Source: Nannocystis bainbridge (GTDB taxonomy: Bacteria; Myxococcota_A; Polyangia; Nannocystales; Nannocystaceae). Taken from it: DNA of 64,000 bases. Location: contig NZ_JAQNDL010000001.1 in assembly GCF_028368995.1 (NCBI RefSeq), forward strand, positions 3,392,001 through 3,456,000, in the 5' to 3' direction. Below, piece after piece: positions 8,715 to 18,377 of this stretch. Below the pieces are notes generated by a model that saw only the letters and a program-made list of their open reading frames with translations, made no database searches and was not told where the DNA came from. Positions within the stretch are counted from its first letter, which is position 1. The number at the start of each line of letters is the position of its first letter. A program made the position numbers and the translations under genes.

Positions 8715-10001
8715 TCAGGACCGCACGTCGAGCACGCGCCCCATCCCAGCCGTCCCGGCCCAGCGCGCTCGTTCGCCTGCCGGCAGCAGCGGCCCCTGAG
8801 TGCCGTCGCGCAGCAGGAACGGCATCCCGCGCTCGACGTACACCGGATGCACCAATTCGACCGTCACCGTCGCCCCCTCGCCCGGCGCGATCGTCTCCTG
8901 CGCGACCACGTCGAAGCGCCCCGCCACCACAGTCGTCCCGAACAGCAGCAGCCCGACGTGGCCGCTGCGGATCGGAGTACGGCGGCCGTGCTCCTCGGTC
9001 GCCAGCAGCTCGAGGTGCGCCGTCAGCGAGCGCACCGCCCTCGTCCCCGGGTTCACCAGCGCCTGGCCCGAGTGCAGCAGCCCGACGTTCAGCGCCTGCC
9101 CTGGCCGCACCAGTCGCACCCCGACGAACTCGCCCGCCTGCGCGCGCTCGACCTTGCGGTGGTTCATCTCGAGCTTCGACACCTGCACCTCGAGCGGCTC
9201 GCCGAAGCCCGCGACCACCAGCGTGTCTCCCGGGCGCACCTGCCCGCGACGCACCCGCCCGTCGATCACCAGCCCCTCGTGGTTGGACCAGCGCGGATAC
9301 ACGTGATCGAAGTACAGCAGCGGCGGGCCCTGCACCGTGTGTTCGGGGACCTGCAGCTCCAGCTCGAGCACCTCGAGCAGATCGGAGATGCACCCCTCCC
9401 AGCGCTGGCGATCGTCCGCCTGCGGCGCCGCGGCGCCGCGGATGATGCGGGTCCCGTCGCCGTCGAAGCCGCAGCGGATCAGCAGTTCGCGCACGTCCTG
9501 CTCGACCAGGTCGAGCCACTCGGCGTCGGCCACGAGGTCGCACTTGTTGAGGAACACCACGATCTGCGACAGCCCGAACGCGCGCGCCAGCAGCAGGTGC
9601 TCGTGCGTCTGCGGCTCCACCCCCTTCGGCCCCGACACCACCAGGATCAGCGCGTCGACCAGCGCCTGGGCCCGCGCCGCGTTCTTCAGCCACGGCCGCC
9701 AGCCGGGGCTGTCGACGTGGACGAAGTCGCGGTGCTCCGTCGCGTAGCGGACCTCGCCCGCCGCGATCGTCCGCGTCTCGAGCCAGCCCTTCTCCCGGTG
9801 ATGGTCGCCGTGCCACGCTCGCCACAGCCCACCGCGCCGGTCGAGCTCGGGCACCGTCACCGCCTTGACCGCCCCCTGCGTGCGGCGCGACAGCAGCTCC
9901 GTGATCGCGCAGGTCAGCGACGTCTTGCCGCATTGATGATGGCCGATGGTGCCGACGGCGAGCGTCGGTCGGTTCGGGGCGACGTGAGCAGCGTCGGACA
10001 T
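8715..10001 (-). CDS. Divergent elongation factor Tu paralog
   Basis: VGTIGHHQCGKTSLT, RDFVHVDSPG, QTHEHLLLAR, VVFLNKCD, DLVEQDVRELL, GRRTPI, FLLRDG. Full EF-Tu domain layout. Alternative start at 10016. Confidence 0.85.
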   Translation of the reverse strand: MSDAAHVAPNRPTLAVGTIGHHQCGKTSLTCAITELLSRRTQGAVKAVTVPELDRRGGLWRAWHGDHHREKGWLETRTIAAGEVRYATEHRDFVHVDSPGWRPWLKNAARAQALVDALILVVSGPKGVEPQTHEHLLLARAFGLSQIVVFLNKCDLVADAEWLDLVEQDVRELLIRCGFDGDGTRIIRGAAAPQADDRQRWEGCISDLLEVLELELQVPEHTVQGPPLLYFDHVYPRWSNHEGLVIDGRVRRGQVRPGDTLVVAGFGEPLEVQVSKLEMNHRKVERAQAGEFVGVRLVRPGQALNVGLLHSGQALVNPGTRAVRSLTAHLELLATEEHGRRTPIRSGHVGLLLFGTTVVAGRFDVVAQETIAPGEGATVTVELVHPVYVERGMPFLLRDGTQGPLLPAGERARWAGTAGMGRVLDVRS

Positions 10002-10058
10002 ACGGCCCGCGATCATAGCCGCAGGAGCACGCCGGCGTCGCGGTCATTTTCGCCCGGC

Positions 10059-10114
10059 GACATGTCCGAACGAACATGTCCCTTAGGACATGAACATGTC
10101 CCTGAGGACATGTA
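10059..10114. repeat. GACATGTC 14-bp-period array
   Basis: CATG cores at 10061, 10075, 10089, then 10095 and 10109. Confidence 0.85.
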
Positions 10115-10134
10115 CTTTACGCCACTTTCCGCCC

Positions 10135-10941
10135 TCACCCCCGCGGCGCGCCGACCAGCCACGTCACGCGCATCGGGCTGCGGCCGAGCGGCTCCGACTC
10201 GATCTGCCACGCGTAGTCCTCCGCTCCGGGCACCGTCGCCAGCAGCTCGCGCAGCTCGTCGGGCGAGTACACCCGCAGGCACGACACCACCCCGTCCCAC
10301 GTCGCCACGAACGGGATCGCCGGCACCAGCCACGTCCACGCCAGCCGCGACAGGCGGAGCGGGCGGATGAACGGCGACGTCGCCAGCACCCCGAGGCTCG
10401 TCACCATGCACGTGGCGATCGACGCCGGGTATCTGCCGACGCCCTCGAACGCCGCGATCCCGCGCCGCTGCGCCACCGCGTCGGCGAGGATCGCCCGCGC
10501 CTGCGCCGGCCGGAAGTGATGGAAGGCGTTGCACAGCACGCGGAACCCGGCGAGCTCGGCCGGGACCGCCGTCGCGTCGACCGGGCGCGGCTCGTGCACG
10601 ATCCGCCCCGGCACCGTCGAGGCCGCTGCGAGCATCGCCTCCGCGTTCGGGAACAGGTCGGTGAGGCGCACGCGCACTGGCACCCCGCGGCGGTCGAGCT
10701 CGCTGATCAATGTCGGCAGCGGCCCTGCCGAGCCCGAGCACAGGTCGAGCAGCTCGCGCTCCCCGGTGCTGCGCAGCGCGGCCGCGAGGGCGTCGCAGAA
10801 GCCCTGGTACGGCCGCGGATCGAGGTTGCCGATGAAGTTGAGGTAGCCCGTCACGCCGTCGCGGATCGCCCGCGGCAGCCACGGCTGATCCTCGATCTCG
10901 AACCCGTGTCGTCGTCGACCCAGCACGCCCTGTCCCGTCAT
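10135..10941 (-). CDS. Class I SAM-dependent methyltransferase-like protein
   Basis: FEIEDQPWLP, LLDLCSGSAGP, LTDLFPN, PVDAT, NAFHHF, WDGVVSCLRVY. Confidence 0.8.
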   Translation of the reverse strand: MTGQGVLGRRRHGFEIEDQPWLPRAIRDGVTGYLNFIGNLDPRPYQGFCDALAAALRSTGERELLDLCSGSAGPLPTLISELDRRGVPVRVRLTDLFPNAEAMLAAASTVPGRIVHEPRPVDATAVPAELAGFRVLCNAFHHFRPAQARAILADAVAQRRGIAAFEGVGRYPASIATCMVTSLGVLATSPFIRPLRLSRLAWTWLVPAIPFVATWDGVVSCLRVYSPDELRELLATVPGAEDYAWQIESEPLGRSPMRVTWLVGAPRG

Positions 10942-11243
10942 CGCCGTCTCCTCGCTGGCGAAATTTAGACCGTCTCGCGGGCGCCGCGGGTTCGTCGCTG
11001 CGATCTGTCTTTGAGGACAGCCCTTTACCTTTGCTCCGCCTCCGACCCCAGGTCTCGGACCCGCTCGCTGCAGAATTCGGGCGCTATCGCGCCGGTTTCA
11101 CCTGACCGGGGGCGCGCGGCCTCGCGGCTCGAGATTGCCCGTCCGCCAACGCACGACAAGTCGGCCTTCCGCGAGGACGCGCGGTTGTGTAGCGTGCGGT
11201 CAGGGTCGCACGCTGCGCCCGGAAATTTCCCTGCGGAGACAAC

Positions 11244-11939
11244 ATGACCATGCGTACGCTTACTTCCTTCTCCCTGATGTCGGTCCTCGCGCTTGGCCTC
11301 GCGGCCTGCGGTGATGATGGCAAGCCGAACCTGACGACCGCCACCACGGCGACCACGCCCGGCACCACCAACACCACCAACACGACCAACAACAACACGA
11401 CCGACAGCACGGACACCGACGCCACGGCGACCGAGACCGACGGCACCGAGACCGACGGCACCGCGAGCGAGAGCACCGCGACCGAGACCGCCTCGAGCAC
11501 GCCGACGACGACCGAGGAGCCGGTCACCACGACCGAGACCAGCGTCACCTCCGAGACCACCGTCGAGCCGGAGACCACCACCTCGACCACCGTCGAGCCG
11601 GAGACGACCACCACCGAAGGCACCACCGACGACACCACCGGCGGCGGCGGCGGCGAGTACCAGGCTTGCGGCGCGATGGGCGAGTGCCCGGCGGGTTCGG
11701 ACTGCCTCGAGCTGATGGGCATCGAGGGCAGCTTCTGCTCGCCGATGTGCGACGGCATGGCGTGCCCGCCGACCGGCGCCGACGCGCAGGGCCAGTGCGT
11801 GCTGAGCATGGGCATGGGCGACCCGACCTACTGCGCGGCCCTCTGCCCGCCCGGTGACGCCGACGCCTGCCCCGAAGGCACGACCTGCAAGGAAGTCCCG
11901 GACCAGCCGATGCCGATCGGCATCTGCACCGCGCCCTGA
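11244..11939 (+). CDS. Lipoprotein with Thr-rich stalk and Cys-rich C-terminal domain
   Basis: RBS GGAG, lipobox LAAC, long Thr repeats, 12 C-terminal Cys. Confidence 0.85.
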   Translation: MTMRTLTSFSLMSVLALGLAACGDDGKPNLTTATTATTPGTTNTTNTTNNNTTDSTDTDATATETDGTETDGTASESTATETASSTPTTTEEPVTTTETSVTSETTVEPETTTSTTVEPETTTTEGTTDDTTGGGGGEYQACGAMGECPAGSDCLELMGIEGSFCSPMCDGMACPPTGADAQGQCVLSMGMGDPTYCAALCPPGDADACPEGTTCKEVPDQPMPIGICTAP

Positions 11940-11947
11940 GTGCGCAC

Positions 11948-12114
11948 GGTCGCCCCGCGCGACCACGCCCGCTTGCGCGAGGCCACGAGTTCGCATAGCT
12001 TCGTGGCCTCGGAGTCGGCCCATGCGTGTCTCTCCACATACACGAGCCTGAGTTCCGGATCGCTTCGGCGGTCCGGTCCCGTGTGTGTGCATTGAGTCCG
12101 CAAAGAGCCACTCA
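11948..12114 (+). promoter_or_regulatory. Candidate structured RNA leader upstream of rbfA-like/rtcB
   Basis: Hairpin 11978-12011; stem 12035-12044/12080-12089 enclosing CCGGATCGC-TTCG-GCGGTCCGG (12055-12076); TGAGT/ACTCA pairing that reaches the start codon. Confidence 0.45.
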
Positions 12115-12566
12115 TGAATCGTCACCGAGACCGCCGGCGCCGTCGCGCGCCGGCCACAACTGAATATTCGCAGTCTCCTCATTCGCTCCCGGGCGACGTG
12201 GACCCCGCCGTGTTGTTCGGCGCGGCCCTCCCGTCGCAGGCGCGACGCAAGCTCGACCAGCTGTCGCGGCAGGTCGAGGAGCGCCTCTCGCTGGTGCTCG
12301 CCGGCGAGATCGACGACCCGCACGTCGCGGCGCTGACCCTGCTCGGCGTCGAGCCCGAGCCCGGCAGCGGCAACCTGGTCGTCGTCCTGGCCCTGCCGGT
12401 CGGCGCCGGCGGCGACGAGGCGCAGGTCGTGATGCGCCGCCTCGACGCCCTGCGCGCCTACCTACGCGCCGAGATCGCCGGCGCCATCCACCGCAAGCGC
12501 ACCCCGAACCTGGTGTTCCGGCTGGTGCCTTCGCCGCTCGCCCGCGACGAGGAGGTGGAGCCATGA
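12114..12566 (+). CDS. Ribosome-binding factor A (RbfA)-like paralog
   Basis: QVEERLSLVLAGEIDDP...V.PEPG...LRAEIAGAIHRKRTPNLVF, an RbfA/KH-type pattern. Confidence 0.75.
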   Translation: MNRHRDRRRRRAPATTEYSQSPHSLPGDVDPAVLFGAALPSQARRKLDQLSRQVEERLSLVLAGEIDDPHVAALTLLGVEPEPGSGNLVVVLALPVGAGGDEAQVVMRRLDALRAYLRAEIAGAIHRKRTPNLVFRLVPSPLARDEEVEP

Positions 12567-13726
12567 CGGCGAACTCCACCGTCGCAAACGGCGAGGGCGC
12601 CGCGCCGGCGAGCCTCACCCGCTTCGTCGCCGAGCCGCCGCCGCGCGCCGTCACCGACGCGCTCGAACGCCTGCGTCACCTCGGCGACGTCGCCCGCATC
12701 GCCGTCATGCCCGACGTGCACCTCGCCGAGGGCGTGTGCGTCGGCACCGTCGTCGCCACCCGCACCCTGCTGTTGCCCGCGGCCGTCGGCGGCGACATCG
12801 GCTGCGGCATGGCGGCCGTCGCCTGCGACGTCGAGGCCAGCGCGCTGGACGACGCCCACACCGCCGCCGCCGTCCTGGTCGGCCTCCAGCGCGCGATCCC
12901 GGCGCTGCGCCACCCGGGCGGCCAGCACCCGCTGCCGCCCGCGCTGGCCGGGCGCCCGCTGTCCGCCCCGTCGCTGCGCTCCGAGCAGCGGCGCACGGCC
13001 GGCCTGCAGCTCGGCACGCTCGGTCGCGGCAACCACTTCCTCGAGCTGCAGGCCGACGAAGACGACCGGCTGTGGTTGATGGTGCACAGCGGCTCGCGCG
13101 GGATGGGCACGGCGATCCGCGACCACCACGACGCGCTCGCCAGCCCGGTCGGCGCCGGCCTGCGTGGGCTCGTCGCTGCCAGCCCCGAGGGCGCGGCCTA
13201 CCTGGGCGACATGCAGTGGGCCCTCGACTACGCCGAGGCCAACCGGGCCGCCCTGGCCGCTCGCGCCGCCGAGGTCTTGGGGACATGTCTCAAAGCGCAT
13301 GTCCTCATGGACACGTGGATCTCCTGCCACCACAACTTCGTCCGCCGCGAGCCGCTGGGCGACGAATCGCTATGGGTCCACCGCAAGGGGGCCGTGTCGG
13401 CGCGGGCAGACGAGCCGGGCATCGTGCCCGGCTCGATGGGCGCGCCGAGCTACCACACGTGCGGCCGCGGCGAGGTCGCGGGCCTGTGCTCGAGCGCGCA
13501 CGGGGCCGGGCGCGCGATGAGCCGCGGTGAAGCGCGCCGACACATCCGCGCCGGTGACGTCGTGGCCCAGATGCGCGGCGTATGGTTCGACCACCGGGCC
13601 GCCGACGCCCTCCGCGACGAGGCGCCGGCGGCCTACAAGGACATCGGCGCGGTCATGCGAGCCCAGCGCGCCCTGACCCGCGTGGTCCGCCGATTGCGGC
13701 CGCTGCTGAGCTTCAAGGCCGCGTAA
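12563..13726 (+). CDS. rtcB: RtcB-family RNA ligase
   Basis: MPDVH, VGGDIGCG, LGTLGRGNHFLE, HSGSRG, HHN, HRKGA, PGSMG, SSAHGAGR, DEAPAAYKDI; ATGA overlap with the rbfA-like gene. Confidence 0.93.
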   Translation: MTANSTVANGEGAAPASLTRFVAEPPPRAVTDALERLRHLGDVARIAVMPDVHLAEGVCVGTVVATRTLLLPAAVGGDIGCGMAAVACDVEASALDDAHTAAAVLVGLQRAIPALRHPGGQHPLPPALAGRPLSAPSLRSEQRRTAGLQLGTLGRGNHFLELQADEDDRLWLMVHSGSRGMGTAIRDHHDALASPVGAGLRGLVAASPEGAAYLGDMQWALDYAEANRAALAARAAEVLGTCLKAHVLMDTWISCHHNFVRREPLGDESLWVHRKGAVSARADEPGIVPGSMGAPSYHTCGRGEVAGLCSSAHGAGRAMSRGEARRHIRAGDVVAQMRGVWFDHRAADALRDEAPAAYKDIGAVMRAQRALTRVVRRLRPLLSFKAA

Positions 13727-13782
13727 TCACCACACCCGCGCGGCGCGCTCCGACCCCGGGGCGCGCCGCGATCGTTTCGCCC

Positions 13783-15402
<1,620 letters not shown>

Positions 15403-15471
15403 GCCGCGATCATACTGCCGCGCGCGAGCGTCGGTGCCAGGGCCGACCCGACCTCGCGCGCGCGCCGACGA

Positions 15472-17991
15472 TCACCGCAGCAGCTCGAGCAGCTCCTCGC
15501 GGCCCAGGCCCGACACATCGCCCTCGTCGACCGTCGCCTGCGCCAGCGCCCGCTTGCGCGCGTGCAGCTCGAGGATCTTCTCCTCCACCGTGTCCTCCGC
15601 GATCAGCCGGTGCAGGAACACCGGCCGCGACTGCCCGATCCGGTGGGCCCGCGCCCCGGCCTGATCCTCGATCGACGGGTTCCACCACGGGTCCAGCAGA
15701 TACACATAGTCCGCAGCCGTCAGGTTCAGCCCCGTCCCGCCCGCCTTGAGCGAGATCAGCATCACCGGCGGCCCGTCCTCCGCCTGGAACCGCGCCACCA
15801 CCCCTGCGCGATCCTCCGTCGCCCCGTCGAGCCGCACGTGCTCGAGCTCCGCCGCCGTCAGCGCGTCCTCGACCAGATCCAGCAGGCTGGTCCACTGCGA
15901 GAACACCAGCGCCCGGTGGCCCGCCGCCGTCACCTCGGTCAGCTGCGCCAGCAGCAGCTCCACCTTGCTCGAGCGCGTCGCCTCCTGCCCCGGTACCAGC
16001 GCCGTGTGGCACGCCGCCTGGCGCAGCCGCAGCAGCAGCTCGAGCGCCTCGAGCATCCCCCCGCCCGACTGCAGCTTCGGCAGCTCGAGCTCGGCCGCCA
16101 CGCGCAGCCCGTCGTAGATCCGGCGCTCCTCCGCGTCGAGCGGGCAGCGCAGCACGATCTCCGTCAACGGCGGCAGCTCTGGCGCCACCTCTTGCTTACG
16201 CCGGCGCAGCATGAACGGCCGCAGCTTCGCCTGCAGCTCCGCCGTCCGGGCCGCCCGGCCCTGCTCGACCGCCTTGCCGTAGCCTGCCACGAACTCGCGC
16301 AGCTGCCCCAGCAGCCCCGGGTTCAGGAAATGCGACAGGCTCCACAGCTCCGTCAGGCGGTTCTGCACCGGCGTCCCGCTGAGCGCCACCCGCCAGCCCG
16401 CGCGCAGCCCGAACGCCGCGCTCGCGGTCGCCGTCGTCGGCTCCTTGATCGCGTGCGCCTCGTCGAGCACCACCGTGTCCCAAGTCTCTCGGGACAGCTT
16501 CTCACGGTCGAGCCGCAGCACCGCGTAGCTCGTGATCGTCACGTCGGCCGTCGGCTCGAGGTTGCGCTTCGGCCCGTGATACAGCGCCGCGCGCAGCCCC
16601 GGGCGGAACCTGCGGCACTCTGCCAGCCAGTTGTGCAGCGTCGAAGTCGGCGCCACCACCAGCGTCCGCCCGCGCACCGAAGTCAGCGTCTGCAGCGTCT
16701 TCCCCAGCCCCATGTCGTCGGCAAGCAGCGCCCCGATCCCCGCATCGCGCAGCACGCTCAACCAATCGACCCCGCGCCGCTGATAATCGCGCAGCTGCGC
16801 CGTCAGGTCCGCCGGCAGCGTCGCCGCCGGCAACGTCGCGAACATCTCCTCGCGCGACAGCGCCGCCAGCCCTGCCAGCTCGGGCGGCGGCGGCACCTGC
16901 AGCGCCTCGCACAGCCCTGCCGCCGCCGTCCGGGCCCAGCGCGGCCGCTTCCCGTCGGCCCGGCGCGCCGCCACGAATTGCTCGAGCATCGGCCCGTAGC
17001 GCTCCAGCCAGTCGCGCGGCAGCCACACCAGCCCGCCGTCGTCGGCCTGCAGCGCATATTGCCCCGAGCGCCACGCCTGCACCACCCGCGCCGCGTCGAC
17101 CTGCGTCTCCCCGCTTGAAGAAGCCCCGCTCGGCGCCTTGAACGTCACCTCCGGCTCGCCCGCCTCCGCGCCCGCCGCCGGCTCCGTCCATTGCGGCTCG
17201 AGCGTCCGCTTCTCCGGCTCGCGCGCCTCTGGTGATTCCGCCGGCGAACCTGCCTCCGGCGATTGTGAAGTCTCCTCGCTCACCGCGATCCGCTCCACGA
17301 ATCGCAGCACTTGCCCCACCAACGCCAGCCGCCCGCCGACGAACGTGCGCCCCTCGATCGCCGCCGCCGTCCGGACCCGCAGCGGCGCCGCCTCGATCGC
17401 CACCGGCGCCCCGTCGAGCGTCACATCGAATGCCGGCACCAGCCGCGCCACCACGAACTCCGCGATGTCCGGGTAGATCATCAGCTCCTTCGCCCCTGCC
17501 GGCATCGCCGCCAGCAGCGGATCGTCCGCCTCGACCGCCCCCACCTGCACCGCCTCGCCGCCCGCGCTCACCGCCACCACCCGCAGCTGCAGCTTGTCGC
17601 CCGCGCTCTGCAGCCGGTACCCCAGCTGCAGCGCCGCCGCCACCTGCGGCCCGATCTGCTCGAGCAGCCCGCCAGCAGTGTGCAGCACCAGCGCCGCCGC
17701 CACCACATGCTCACAGACGGCCGGCCCCGCCCCGCAGTCGCAGCGCCACCCGTCCCACGCCCACCGCACCTCCGCCCGCACCCCGCTGCCCGCCAGCCGC
17801 GCGATCGCAAACACCCACCCTGAGGCGTCGCACGCCTGCACCCGCGCCGCCCCCAGCCGCGCCAGCTTCAATCCCCGGTGCCACGCCGCCGGCGCCGCCG
17901 CCCGATGAACAGGTTCGAGGACCTCGGTAAACACGCGTTCAAGGCTGTACCACGCCCGGTCTCGGAGGTCAGCGCGCGTTTTCGCGCACAC
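15472..17991 (-). CDS. SWIM zinc finger plus SNF2-family helicase
   Basis: CDC..CEH SWIM motif; LRDYQRRG, LADDMGLGKT, LDEAH, LSGTPVQN, LVFSQW, LKAGGTGLNLT, DPWWNP, RAHRIGQ. Start uncertain. Confidence 0.92.
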   Translation of the reverse strand: MCAKTRADLRDRAWYSLERVFTEVLEPVHRAAAPAAWHRGLKLARLGAARVQACDASGWVFAIARLAGSGVRAEVRWAWDGWRCDCGAGPAVCEHVVAAALVLHTAGGLLEQIGPQVAAALQLGYRLQSAGDKLQLRVVAVSAGGEAVQVGAVEADDPLLAAMPAGAKELMIYPDIAEFVVARLVPAFDVTLDGAPVAIEAAPLRVRTAAAIEGRTFVGGRLALVGQVLRFVERIAVSEETSQSPEAGSPAESPEAREPEKRTLEPQWTEPAAGAEAGEPEVTFKAPSGASSSGETQVDAARVVQAWRSGQYALQADDGGLVWLPRDWLERYGPMLEQFVAARRADGKRPRWARTAAAGLCEALQVPPPPELAGLAALSREEMFATLPAATLPADLTAQLRDYQRRGVDWLSVLRDAGIGALLADDMGLGKTLQTLTSVRGRTLVVAPTSTLHNWLAECRRFRPGLRAALYHGPKRNLEPTADVTITSYAVLRLDREKLSRETWDTVVLDEAHAIKEPTTATASAAFGLRAGWRVALSGTPVQNRLTELWSLSHFLNPGLLGQLREFVAGYGKAVEQGRAARTAELQAKLRPFMLRRRKQEVAPELPPLTEIVLRCPLDAEERRIYDGLRVAAELELPKLQSGGGMLEALELLLRLRQAACHTALVPGQEATRSSKVELLLAQLTEVTAAGHRALVFSQWTSLLDLVEDALTAAELEHVRLDGATEDRAGVVARFQAEDGPPVMLISLKAGGTGLNLTAADYVYLLDPWWNPSIEDQAGARAHRIGQSRPVFLHRLIAEDTVEEKILELHARKRALAQATVDEGDVSGLGREELLELLR

Positions 17992-18081
17992 CTTCGCGCC
18001 GACCGCGGTCCGCTCTTCGAAATGAAGCGTGGGAAACTTCGCCGAATCAGCCGATCATCGCGCTCGAGAAGCCGAGGCATC

Positions 18082-18300
18082 ATGACCTGGAGAGACATCC
18101 ATCTTTACGGCGCCGGCGCCATCGAACGTGTCTGCGGGCTCTACGAAATCGGCAACCTGCGAGTCCCGGGCGCCAAGTTCAAGATCAAGGTCCTCGAGCG
18201 TGCGCAAGGTGACTTCGTTGCCCTGCTCAACGTCAGCCTGAAAGCGCCAGACGGAAGCCCGGACGGAATGGCCGGACTCGGACGAACCGAGCACGAGGCG
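18082..18300 (+). pseudogene. Small hypothetical gene, probably 3'-truncated at the low-GC island
   Basis: ATG 18082 with GAGG RBS. Protein-like up to GLGRTEHEA, after which the frame runs into the end of the opposite-strand NTPase gene. Confidence 0.45.
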
Positions 18301-18377
18301 CGTTCGTCGACCCCTGAGGGCGACGCTCATGCACAACTGCCGCACACAGCGGACCGGGATACCGTCGCATGGCGCTC

